A stretch of 64,000 nt of DNA, taken from the NCBI GenBank assembly GCA_951406725.2, contig OX597836.1, positions 1,240,001-1,304,000 on the forward strand. The letters run 5' to 3'. Positions within the stretch are counted from its first letter, which is position 1; each line of letters begins with the position of its first letter. The notes below the pieces were generated by a model, which saw nothing but the letters and a program-made list of their open reading frames with translations, was not told the origin of the DNA and searched no databases. The translations under genes were made by a program, and so were the position numbers. This DNA is from Octopus vulgaris. Its lineage: Eukaryota. Below, in pieces: positions 1 through 11,439 of the stretch.

Positions 1-262
1 TGTCAAACATTTAAACCAAATTTTCTCAAAACAGGAGATTCTCTCAGAATGATGGTTATAGCTGATGTACTTGCGCGTACAAATGCACGTTCCCACGGCT
101 TTATCGACCGCATTCTCAGCTAGAATTGATTTTTGAAATTTTTTCCAGACTTATACACGCCCTGATACCGTCGGTATCTACATATCAAATTTGAGCGCCA
201 TCGGATGGAAGATGCCCGAGATCCTAGAAGACACACAGACAGACAGAACGGATTATATATAA
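1..262 (-). mobile_element. Terminal part of a non-autonomous Helitron/HINE (Lep1/DINE-like) element, truncated by the window edge
   Basis: The minus strand reads TATATATAATCCGTT-CTGTCTGTCTGTGTGTC...CATCCGATGGCGCTCAAATTTGATATG. A TATATA end, then a (CTGT)n microsatellite, then a CCGAT..AAATTT motif is the layout typical of Lep1/HINE-type elements. Family assignment is by pattern only. Confidence 0.5.
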
Positions 263-286
263 TATAATATAATATATATATATATA

Positions 287-739
287 TGTAGCAAAAACGT
301 GTGAAATCGCTGGTACAGTTATTAAGTATATTTGAGAAGGGGAAATAATGACTTGACTGGTAGTTCTAACCAATTTAATCTTTTTAATAATGTAATTTTA
401 TAGATTTACAAACCAAACTGTATAATTAATTATATTATCAAAAGATTTAATTGATCAGAACAGTTCAGCAATTTTCTTTCATTTCATTCGATTCTTATCT
501 AGATTCATTTAACCGTTAGCCAATAAAAAGCCTCGTTGTGTTTGAACGTAGGCCCGTGCAACAGCTGGCTTCCGATATTTCATTGGCTGAAACAGGCTGA
601 GTTCCAGCTCTAAATCTCTGACATTGTTTGGTCGCTGGGACTTTTCTGATTTTCCTTAACTCTCTTCCATGTTGGTCGTATTTCGAGGTAAGCTGGCTTC
701 TAGCTGTTCGTCTGTGAGTGTGTATATAAATATGCTACA
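287..739 (-). mobile_element. Probable solo LTR (453 bp)
   Basis: Begins TGTAGCA (287-293) and ends TGCTACA (733-739), a 7-bp terminal inverted repeat with TG...CA ends. The interior is non-repetitive and has ATTAAA-type signals on the minus strand. No target-site duplication is visible. Confidence 0.55.
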
Positions 740-867
740 CCCACTCATACATAAGCACACACGCACACATACACGCATACTCCATGTGTGTATGTATGTA
801 TGTATCTCTGCGGTTGCATAATTTCAGACTGTTCAAGATTGGATGGTGTCTATCTGCCAATCTCTTC

Positions 868-884
868 TGTCTCTCTCTCCTTCT

Positions 885-937
<53 letters not shown>

Positions 938-1250
938 CGTGTCTACCTCTCTCTCTCTATCTGTCTATCCGTGTCTACCTCTCTCTCTCTATCTGTCTAT
1001 CTCTCCGGCTGTCTGTATATCTCTCTATATACATTTGTCTGTCTCTGTATCTATCAATATCTCTCTCTATCTGACTGTGTCTCTCTCTGTCAGTCTCTTT
1101 CTCTCTCTCTCTCTGTCAGTTTCTATATGTCTGTTTGCATATCTGTCTCTCTATCTGTCTGTCTGTCTCTCTCCGTCCGTCTGTCTGTCTGTCTGTCTGT
1201 CTCTGTCTGTCTGTCTCTCTCTCTGTCTCTCTCTCTCACTCACTCTGTCT
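868..1250. repeat. Compound (CT)n/(CTGT)n/(CTAT)n microsatellite tract
   Basis: Directly visible; explains the SL/LS-rich ORFs at 784-1453. Confidence 0.95.
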
Positions 1251-1484
1251 ATGTCTGTTGTGTATTGTATGTGTGTGTGTGTGTTTATGTTAGTCTAGGA
1301 AAGAGTGTATTCAAAGCCCCTCTTTCTACGAATGTCAACTCTATCACCGCACCCTTTATTCCGCAACACCCCTCTTTGCTGTTTACCCCGTGTATCCACC
1401 CGACTCACACAACCAAGTTACATCTGTCAGCACCCGTTCACTGTTGCACATAAACATTTAAGCATATTTAAATGTCATGTGGTG

Positions 1485-2000
1485 TATTTATTGGGGTGGG
1501 TGGCTTTTATTGGGGTGGGTGGCTTTGGGGTGGATGTCGTGTTGTGGTGGTAGTGGTGGTCGTGATGCTGGTGGTGGTGATGGTTGTAGCAGTGGTGATT
1601 GTGATGGAGGTTGTAGAAGTGGTGGTGGTGGTTACAGGGGAGGTTGTGGTGGTGGAGGTAGTGGTTGTGATGGTGGTGGTTGTCGAATAGGTGTTTGTGC
1701 TTGTTGTTGTTGTAATGGTGATTGTGGTGATGGCGTTTGTTGCAGTGTTTGCTGTGGTGGTGGCTGTGGTGTTAGTGTAATGATGGTCGTGGTGGAGGCT
1801 GTCGTCCTTGTGATCATAGTAGTCATAGTTACAGATGTGACTGTAGTACCAACATATCCGGTTGTTATGTTTATGCAATCAGTGCAAGTAGTTGTAGCTG
1901 TAGTAGTAGCGGCAGTAGTTGCAGTAGTAGCAACAGCAGTAGTAGCAGCAGCAGTAGTAGTAGCAGCAGTAGTAGTAGTGTTGGTGATTATAATGGAACA
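1485..2000. repeat. Degenerate (GGT)n/(GTA)n/(GCA)n trinucleotide low-complexity tract
   Basis: Directly visible; explains the poly-V/poly-T/poly-G ORFs. Confidence 0.9.
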
Positions 2001-2323
2001 GTGACTGTGGGAAAGGTGATTGAGCGGGGTTTGAGTTACTGTGTCCGTGGTGGTGGTCATATGTGATGGTCGGTGGTGGTGTAGGTGCTTGATGGTAGTG
2101 CGATCAGCGCAGCCGTGGAATATAGCTTTGAGGGAGCAGCGAGTCTTGAAGTTACTGTGGTAGTGTGAGTGGTGTTTGTCTTAAGGTAGTCCTGCAGCGC
2201 TGTGTGGTGGCGGTGGCGGTGGTGGCTTCTGATGTTGTAGTGGTGTTGTAGTGTTAATATGGTGTGAGGTTGTGCTTAATGTTGCAGTGACGTGTTGTAT
2301 GTAGTGGTGTTGTAGATCACTGG

Positions 2324-2613
2324 TTCTCCGTCGGTTACGACGACGAGGGTTCCACTTGAATCGATGAACGAAACAGCTTGCTCGTGAAAGTAACGTACAA
2401 ATGGCTGAGTACTCCACAGACAAAGTAGTTCTCAGGGAGATTCAATGTGACAAGGTAGACCCTTCGAATTACATGTACGACTAATTTTTGCCAGCTGAGT
2501 CGACTGGATCAACTGTAAAAGTATCTTGCCCAAGGACACAACGCGCCGTCGGGAATCGAACTCATGGTTTTACGATCGTGAACCGAATGCCATAACCACT
2601 GAGCCACGTAGGC
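2324..2613 (-). mobile_element. tRNA-derived SINE with CORE-like central motif
   Basis: Minus strand has A box TGGCTCAGTGG and B box GAGTTCGATTCC, followed by TGTGTCCTTGGGCAAGATACTT (CORE-like) and a unique tail. Confidence 0.8.
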
Positions 2614-3889
2614 TTAGTGAATAGCACTAAGTTACGAAGCTTGCCGTAGGCTAGAATGCGGTATAATGCATAGTGTTGCAGTGGTGTTGTTGTAGTAACG
2701 ATGGTAGTGGTATTGTAGAGGCGATAATAGGTGCGTGGTATCAGCTGTGTGTTCGTGCTGTATGTTAGCGACGAATTATGAGTGTATGGTTTCGATATCA
2801 AGTATAGTGGTGCTGTTTTGGCGGGTGGGGCAGTGTTGGTGGTAGTTGAGTGGTGCTGAACATCTTGAAGGTGTTAGCATGGGATTGTCGTGGTGCAATG
2901 ATGCTGAATGCTTTTAGGGGTTGCTAGCAGTGGTGGTGGTGGGGGGGGGGGCAAGAAGTGGTTAATGGGTGTGGATTCTTGAAAACACTTTGCCGCTGAC
3001 GTTAAATATGTGAAGAAGCAATGTCTGTTGGCAGAGTTTACAAACTGTAGTGTTTCGTCGGTGATGCTGACGCTGGCAGCGGTGTAGGTCGTGGGCGGCG
3101 GAGCGGTTCGCTATTGTGTGTTTGTGGGCGATGAGTGATGCTGCTGGTACGTGAGAAAGGTGAGAGTACAAATCTATTAATTGCGGTGGAGAGATAAAAA
3201 GCCTTAATCTGCAACAGAGAGGAGAGATATTTAACAACATCGGCTGATATTAGTTAATGTGTAAATACAAACAAAGATAAAACAACTCTTTGTTTAACTC
3301 CACCACTTGAAAGTCGAGAAACATTGTTTCACTGCTTTTCTATCTTTTCGCCGAACACTCTCGCATTTTTATGTTTCGCCTTCTTTTTATTATTGTTTAT
3401 ATGGCTTTTTGCTATTATTTATTTTTATTTAGTTTTTCTTTCAGATTTCTTTTCTCTTCCATTTTATTTGCAACCCCCACCACCTATCACCATAAACACC
3501 ACCTATCACCACCACCACCTATCACCACCACCACTACGACGGCCCCACCACAACGACGATGACTACGGCGAGGACCCCACCCCCACCGCCACCGCCACAA
3601 TCCCGTTTTTGTATTATCTCCGCTGCTACCATCAATAACACTACCACCAGGCAAACATTCCACTATAAGCCCATTACTGTATCACTACACCTACCACCGC
3701 AACCACCACCACCACTAACAACAACAACAAAAACAACGAGAACACTACTCTAACATTCCTACCATGACCTCCCCTCACCATCGTCACACCCACCACAGAT
3801 ATTAATGGCCTTGATGCAGCGTCAACCCTCAGAGCCCCAGTGTTCCAATAACATGTTTCTCTCTTTTCTGCTTTCCCCTTCGTCTCTAT

Positions 3890-4248
3890 GTGTCATTTGA
3901 TTGGGGCCATGCTGGAGCACCGCCTTTAGTCGCGCAAATCGACCCCAGGACTTATTCATTGTAAGCTTAGTACTTATTCTATCGATCTCTTTTACCGAAC
4001 CGCTTGGTTACGGTGACGTAACTGCACCAACATCGGTTGTCAAGCGATGATGGGTAGGGGACAAACACAGACACACAAACACATATATACGTGCGACGAG
4101 CTTCTTTCAGTTTCCGTCTACCAAATCCCCTTACAAGGCTTTGGTCGGCCCGAAGGGATAGCATAAGACACTTGCCCAAGGTACCATGGAGTGGAACTGA
4201 ACCCGAAAGCATGTGGTTGGAAAGCAAGCCGTCTTACCACACAGCCAT
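3890..4248 (-). mobile_element. tRNA-derived SINE (family with internal TA/TG microsatellite)
   Basis: Minus strand: ATGGCTGTGTGGTAAG...GGTTCAGTTCC head, CCTTGGGCAAGTGTCTT core, tail ...GGTGCTCCAGCATGGCC. Homologous to copies at 13378, 19328, 53745 and 55575. Confidence 0.85.
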
Positions 4249-4654
4249 AGATAAATATATATATATATGGTTTCTCCTACGCTACCTCACATTTCACATG
4301 GCGCTTCTGTTAATCTTGAGTCGTTCAGCTCATGCATAAGTTTGTTTACAATGAAGTTGTTTCGTTCCCAATGATCCCGGAGGATCAGGCTTGGTCGTTA
4401 CTTTTTCATCATGTGCGTGGCATTTTTGGGGGATGTCAGTTTTATCATTACTAGCGCTAGCCATCATGGTATGCTTATAACTACACTGAGAGCTTGTCGA
4501 TAAAGACCGACAAGACACCACCAACAGAGCGTCTCCTTTCGAGTGCCAGCGCCCAACAACAAGACCTCTCCCTGATGCTTTCTTATACTGAAGGATCTTT
4601 AAGGATCTCATCAGAGACCCTGATACGAGTTTGGCTGAATACGGAAACAATGCT

Positions 4655-4910
4655 TCTTTCTGGTTTCTGCGAGCGATCTTCTCTCCTGATTAAACTCTTT
4701 TTACTCACTCCAGATTCCCCCCCCGAAAGATCTGTTATCTTCAAGAGAAGGTTTCTCTCTGATATTTATTAATTTCCGCTCATATTTCAATAAACTGCTG
4801 ATTGATTTCCTTTAAAGACTTTCTTCTGATTCCGGAGTTTTTCATTGGTAGATTTTAATTCATGTTTGACGGACATCAATTTCTTCTCAGTTGCTCTCTC
4901 TCACGTTTCA
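4655..4910 (-). pseudogene. Decayed R4/Dong-clade non-LTR retrotransposon fragment (region N-terminal to RT)
   Basis: Minus-strand translation across frameshifts gives ...ELKSTNEKLRNQKK...ERK...EKPSLEDNRSF.GGIWSE*KEFNQE. This resembles the R4-clade 'P..EE...FW..IWS....N' segment. Confidence 0.5.
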
Positions 4911-5289
4911 AAGGCGTGGGGTAGATGAAACAGGGACAACTGAAGAAGGGGAATATTCTTTATGTTGTATGTCTCGTTTCTCTGTTTTTTCGTTGTCCGA
5001 AAAAAAGTTCGTTTTTATTATTTTTGTTTTTATGTTTTCGTTTCTCATTGCGTTCAACGTTGTTTTGATGTACTGTACCCATATGTGCCCGTATATACAC
5101 ATATACATGTAAGTATGTACATATATGTATGCCACGTATGGATGTTTGTATGTATGCGTTGTATGCATGTGTGTCTTTGCCTAGGTAGACCGGTCGGTAG
5201 GGTGACAGGCGCCTCGGTACGTATGTATGGACATACGTATATGCATATTAAGTGTTGTATGTCTCGTTTCTCTGTACGTAGCAATGTTT

Positions 5290-5330
<41 letters not shown>

Positions 5331-5354
5331 CGCGCACACCCACCCACACATATA

Positions 5355-5600
5355 TGACGGCGCGTGTGGTTAGGGTGTTGCCACTCACGATGTGTTGTGT
5401 TTTTGAGCAAAACACTTCATCGTCACGCTGCTCTGTGATCATCTGGCATATGGCACACCGTGGCACCTATTCACGTGACATCAATTTGATGGAGAGAGCG
5501 AGTTAATGTGCGGCACGAACATTTGATCACAATAAACGAATCATTTGTGCAGGTCGTTCGACAAATGCTGACCACTCTTACGTCATCTTCGGCCGGAGAG
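5355..5600 (+). mobile_element. Degenerate tRNA-derived SINE (CORE-like)
   Basis: GGCGCGTGTGGTTAGGGTGTTG head remnant followed by TGTGTTGTGTTTTTGAGCAAAACACTT. Confidence 0.6.
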
Positions 5601-5710
5601 TTCATGTTACCTACATACATGCATAAGATGGCGACCGGAAGGCAGGCTGCAAGTCTATCTTTCAGTAGTCCGCTTAGACTTCCGGTATCTCCATTTGATA
5701 ATCCTAATGC

Positions 5711-5913
5711 TTTTCTATTCTAGGCACAAGGCCCGAAATTTTGGGGAGGAGGACAGTCGATTTAGATCGATCCCAGTTCGCAACTGGAACTTAATTTATC
5801 GACCCCGAAAGGATGAAAGGTAAAGTCGACCTCGGTGGAATTTGAACTCAGAACGCAAAGACAGACGAAATACCGCTAAGCATTTTGCCCGGTAACGTTT
5901 CTGCCATTTCGCT
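5711..5913 (-). mobile_element. tRNA-derived SINE, 'GAGTTCAAATTCC...CCTTTCATCCTTTCGGGGTCGATAAA' family, monomer with B-type tail
   Basis: Homologous to 12626-13017; B box GAGTTCAAATTCC; tail ...GGCCTTGTGCCTAGAATAGAAAA. Confidence 0.9.
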
Positions 5914-6663
5914 ACATTATGATAATCCTAATTCTGAAAAAGACAGGTTCCTGTTTGATCCCTGCGAAACGTTAAATCGCATGGAACCGAAGCAAACGGT
6001 TTGAAATAACACACACGCACACACACACACACACAAACGCACATACGTACGTGCTTGTGCTTGTGTCACGACAGTATTTCTTACAAATGACACTTGGAAG
6101 ATCTGGAAACATCGAAGATTGATTTATGGAATTTATTACTAAAATTTAACAGAAAAAAAAATAAGCCAAGAAGCAAACACGAAAAATATGAAAAAGAAAT
6201 AAGATAAAAGTGGAACACAACCGTGAATTTAACGAACCGTTTAAAAGAAACGTCATTCCCATAAATACAAATCTCTGTCTCCCTCTCTTTCCCTCTATTT
6301 ATCTATTTGTGTATGTGTGTGTATATATATGTGTGTGTGTGTGTGTGTACGCATGTAATCATATATATTTTAACCATACAATGTTCAAATTGTGACCTCG
6401 CGTTTCCCGTTTTACCGCTTCCCGAGCAATAAAAAGGTCTTATTCAACCGATCTTGTATTTATATATGAATTACATGAAACCAAAATGTTGCATATGTGA
6501 TTCGCGTAAACACTTGAAAGCCTTTTGATTCGGTTGGAGCGTTATAACAATATTATTTAAGGTTGCTCGACATTTGCCTTTCGGCCATTTGAAGTCTTTC
6601 AACTAAAATTTTGATTTATGACGTGAAAGTCGCTGAAAGAAAGGAAACATTTTGGTTCGTGTG

Positions 6664-6703
<40 letters not shown>

Positions 6704-6718
6704 GTATATGATATACAT

Positions 6719-6760
<42 letters not shown>

Positions 6761-8029
6761 GTGTGTATGTGTGTGTGTGTGTGTATGTAGATATAATATA
6801 TACAAAAATACTCACCTGTGTATGTATATGTTTATGATATACATATATGTATATGTATATATATATATATGTATGTCTATATATTAAAATGAGGTAGTTT
6901 TGGTGAAGCATTGTGAGGTTATACAACACACACACATACAAAAATAAGCACATATGTGTATGTATATGTATTTATAACTATATACGTATGTATATACATA
7001 TACACACAAAAATACATAATTTATATATGTTTATTCATTTATAAATATTCTGATTTTGCTATTAAATTGGAAAATGGCCGAGCAAATGATAACAACAAAA
7101 TAATGAAAAGACGTATTAAAAGAGAAGTGGGAGACATCGTAAAGTACTCATGTTCGCACCACGGCGATCGACAGTGGAGACCCGGACTGCGATTACACAG
7201 GATTTTGAAGGTGATCCCTACACGTCCTTGCCTGTGCTACACATTCCACATTTATGCTCCGGGTATGGAGGCATTTCATCATAGCAAACATGTGATGCCC
7301 ATTCTATAATAAATAAATTCCCAGCTTGTGGTTTCAAGAAATTTCAGCCGTCAACAATCAATGAAGAATCTGCCCTGCTTCCTCTTCAGCAAATTTATCT
7401 CAGATAATAATGACTGTTGTCGCCTTTGCTACATATTTATTACATCTGAAACTTTGAATGCAGACGTATTTCATTGTTGCAGCTGCGTAGAATAAACCGA
7501 TCGCTCACCGCCAAAGTATTTGACTCTTAGTTACTGGTCTGTCAATCGTGTATCTGGAAGATCGAGATGTCCAACTAGCACAACAGATTATGGAACTTCG
7601 AAACGACTGTGCACACATCACACCCACTCTGTCCTTCTGACACAAGGGCTACATCTGCCCTGGGTCAATTTGGGGGTTGGGTATGGGAAGTGAGCTGCTT
7701 TCGGAGATAATTCCGTGACACGTTAATTATCCTATCGCAGGGACTCTGCCAGGTGTAGACCTGGGAATAAAATGGCTTGGAGGCGGTTCCACACTCCTCA
7801 AAACTCTGCAACTCCCGACCCAGAGCCGTACAATTGAAAGCAGTTTAAAGCCATACCCCACACCCTCGTGTTGCAATCTACCCCTCAGCCATTCTGCAAG
7901 TTGCGTTCACGTATGTTGACAGTGTGCATATTCTGTGTATGACAGATGATCATATTTTAAAAATGCAGCACCTCGGAACCAGAATCAAAATTAGGGAACT
8001 GACTCAGAGGGTTTCAATTCGAAAACAAC

Positions 8030-8957
8030 AGCGCTTTGATAGCATTCACTCTAGTGGACATCCAAGTATTGATTGTTTTGCTAATACTGTTAAATTCTTC
8101 GACCTAAGGTAGACTGGGGTCTTGTACCAGTCATCACCTGTATACTCCAAATTGGATTAATGGCAGACAATAACATTCTAAATGCTGCACCAAAATTCTG
8201 CTACCCGAGAAGCACCTCGTCAGTTAATGTCAAGCAACAAGAAGATATCACCCAGCGGTTATCTAAAGCAACTCATCTTTTTTGCAGATTCTTGAGAGAT
8301 CATGGCATCTGCCTAACCACAACGATCAAAGTGTACCAGGCAGCAAAGGCTGCTGTGAAACATGGACGCTCCACAGACGGTGTATTAAATGGCTAAATTC
8401 AATTTATCTGAACTGCCATCGTTCAATTTGAAACATCAAGCGGCAGGTCAAAGTTCACAACATAGTTCTTACAGATGATATTACAGGCATGGAAAGTTTC
8501 CTTAACAAGGCAAAGAAGAGGTGGGTTGACCACGTGATACATATCAATGACACACCCTCTACTATTGTGTGCTTGGCTCTGGTGTTAGGGACCATGACTG
8601 CACAATGCTTCGTTATAAGAACACTCTAGAGAAATCCTTGAAACCTTCAAGATAAACCTAAAGACATGGGAATGAGAAGGTCTCATTTGAGACCTGTTGA
8701 GGATCTCTTGCTACCAAATCATCTTAGATTTTGCGGTTGACTGTATGAACATCTTGAAAGAGAAAAGAGCGCAGCGTAGAGTCGAGTTCAATCAACCTGC
8801 AAATGAAGAAGACCACGGCTGCAGCGTTTGTAAGAGGATCTGCGAATCCTGGAGAAGTCTGAACGCCTACACAACATAGCAAAGCATCAAAAAGAGAACG
8901 ATTTGGAGTTGTGTTCAGTTGGACAGTGCCACCATTCATCGAAGCGACGACAGCCCA
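8030..8957 (+). pseudogene. Decayed RTE-clade LINE, RT C-terminal half and 3' end
   Basis: Translations KFCYPRST...EDITQRLSKA...GICLTTTIKVYQAA, CETWTLHRR, KRWVDHVIHIND and a C-terminal CSVCKRIC knuckle match RTE ORF motifs (KFCYLGS, KVY.A, ETWT.YRR, LRW.GHV.RM, CxxCGRxC). Stops and frameshifts are present. Confidence 0.8.
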
Positions 8958-9005
8958 TTTGTTACATGCATAAACACACACATACACGCGCGTACACATA
9001 TATAT

Positions 9006-9302
9006 ATCACCGTGACCGACCAGGCTATCAGATGTTGCTACACATCGGTGGTCACAATGCGCTTCGCATTGTTTTAGCCTTCAAATGACGCCACCCCGCT
9101 GGCTAAGAGAACAGGCCAACAGAAGAAAGAGAGAGAGAAAGTTGTGGCGAAAGAGTACAGCAGGGATCACTACCAGCCCTTGCTGGAGCCTCATGGAGCT
9201 TTGGGTGTTTTCGCTCAATAAACATTCACAACGCCCGGTCTGGGAATCGAAACCGCGATCCTACGACCGCGAGTCCGCTGCCCTAACCACTGGGCCATTG
9301 TG

Positions 9303-9305
<3 letters not shown>
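9006..9305 (-). mobile_element. Full-length tRNA-derived SINE (third family) inserted in a (TA)n tract
   Basis: Minus strand: GGCACAATGGCCCAGTGGTTAGG (A box)...GGTTTCGATTCCC (B box). Its 3' ~110 bp recurs at 41848-41956. Confidence 0.85.
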
Positions 9306-9381
<76 letters not shown>

Positions 9382-10057
9382 TGTGAAAGTACGTGGTTGG
9401 ATGGATAAAAGACAAAATAGAGTGAAAAAAACTACAGAAGGTTCGTGTTATATGGTTAAAGAATATATTTAAATCGTTATGTTAGAAAAATGTATAAAAT
9501 TTTGCGTTTAGGAACATATATATACGGCAAGAAATAATTATTGTCTCTTTTTATGGAAACAAAAGGGTTTATAGGACTGCAAAAAAGAATTGCTCAAATG
9601 TAATTGAGACAAAGATAAAGAAAAATTGATCATAAAATAAACATCAAATTCGAGTCAACGACTTTATATAGAACGCCATACCCCAAACATTTGGTCGTAT
9701 ATAAATATTACTATGGTTCTTAAACATATAACAAGTATACATATACAAAAAGCACAGAAGGTAAAATTATATATGCGAATAAAAATACAAATCTACATCA
9801 AAATGTTAAAAAAATCGACTGAAAATTCTAAATCGTGTCATGCACCTAAAAATCGAAATAAACTAAAATAAAATATCAATCGACTAAACAAATATTTTTA
9901 CTTACCTCACACAAAAGTGTACATCCAAAAAGTTCAAATCTTAAATCCATCATGGTAAGTTAGAATCCAGGAGCAAAAAAGTTCTACAAAATCAAGTCAA
10001 ACACACCTATGTCCATTTAGGGAGCTCATTTAGGGAGTGCATTTCGGCAATAATACC

Positions 10058-10083
10058 TATTTCTTTACTACCCACAAGGGGCT
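10058..10083 (-). mobile_element. 26-bp 5'-truncated SINE 3' end (A-type tail) with 17-bp TSD
   Basis: TATTTCTTTACTACCCACAAGGGGCT is flanked by identical ATTTCGGCAATAATACC at 10041-10057 and 10084-10100. The insert matches the SINE tail at 12832-12857. Confidence 0.85.
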
Positions 10084-10459
10084 ATTTCGGCAATAATACC
10101 CTCAGAATGAATAGGAAACTCAGACAAAACTAACCAAAAGTTCATTAAAACCCAGGTGGCTAATTTAAAGATAATAATTCATCACAGGACGAGACCAAAT
10201 TTTCTAACACACACACAAAAAAAAAAGAAAAGAAAAACACCCGAATTATTTCATTACTAAGCGCAGGTGGCTAGTAAAGAAATATACTAAACATGCAGGT
10301 GGCTGTTGTTGTTAATAGAAATTTTAACTATCCGGTTTCAAATCCCGTAAAGATAAATATTATTTACCACATCTAATTTTACTTCTTTACACTTTCAGAA
10401 AAGTAATAGAAAATTTATGGTTGCTAAAACGGATCAACTTCCAAAGATCTCGCTGAAGT

Positions 10460-11045
10460 TTGAACCCGTGGGATCTTCATGGACGCATTTCCCGTAGGAA
10501 GCCTCTCCTCACTCCCAGGCAAAATTCAAGTTGTCTTTCTTTTGTCGAAACCTATGAAAGGGGAACGAGTTTTGGAATAAAATTCTTTTTTTCTGACCAG
10601 ACTAAAATCAACCTGTTTGGTTTAGATGGTATTAAACGAGGATGGCAACGACCAGGGGAAGATAAATGCACCGTGATTAGCGTGTAACATGGCGGTGGAA
10701 GTGTTATTGAGAGGACAGTGGATTCAAGGCTTTATTGTGACATATTGCAGAAAACAATGTTGAAAAGCATCAAGGAACTAGGAAGACACTCCATGTTCCT
10801 ACATGATAATGACCCTAAACACACTTCAAAGATGACGACTAAGTTTTTATCGTATAAAAAGGTAAAAATATTGCCTTGGGCTACCATGTCACCTAATTTA
10901 AACCCAATAGAACATCTGTGGGGTGTTTTGAGGTTGAAGAGAAAAAAACCCCACAATGTAACAGTTGAAAGACATCATTCAGGATGAATGGAGGTCGATT
11001 TTATCGGTTATATGCGGAAATTTAGTCGACTTCAGGCCCAGAAGA
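10460..11045 (+). pseudogene. Tc1 transposase pseudogene (DDE domain)
   Basis: ORFs 10460-10687 and 10718-10987 plus the downstream frame QLKDIIQDEWRSI...NLVDFRPRR; frameshifted. Confidence 0.9.
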
Positions 11046-11384
11046 TAATCCTTTAGGGTGTACATATTTTTGTATCATTTGAAAACTAATATTTCGTTGA
11101 AATTTTGAAGATGTTTATCGTATTGTGTTCCAAATTTGTATAACGTTTGCATGTGTAATATATTTTATTCAATATAAATTTCGTTTGATTTCCTTCGAAA
11201 TTATCAGAGTAATGACAATGTTACAGAAATGTTTTTAGGGGTGTGCATACTTCTGTGAAATACTGTATATGTATATACATCAACTTATCGATCTCTCTGT
11301 CTGTTTGACTGCCTGTCTATTCTTTACTCTCTCTCTCTCTATGAATTTACATATGTATACATACATGCATACGTACATACATAC

Positions 11385-11439
<55 letters not shown>

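Larger units (their letters stand above)
9900..11265 (+). mobile_element. Tc1-family (DD34E) DNA transposon remnant with IR/DR-type right end
   Basis: Broken transposase RRKPLL...FSDQTKINLFG.DG...HGGGSV...HDNDPKHTS...SPNLNPIEHLW, with 34 residues between the D of HDND and the E of NPIE. The right end is ...AATACTG|TA at 11265. The left boundary is uncertain. Confidence 0.85.

Noticed and set aside
4938-4965. CTGAAGAAGGGG as a hammerhead core
   Set aside because: No downstream stem II closure or GAAA box.
9230-9305. SINE heads as genuine tRNA genes (also 2540-2613 and others)
   Set aside because: A and B boxes are present, but the acceptor stems are incomplete and each continues into a repeated SINE body.
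10150-10305. Three CAGGTGGCT E-box-like motifs
   Set aside because: They lie within transposon-associated sequence and look like remnants of a degenerate repeat; no independent evidence of function.
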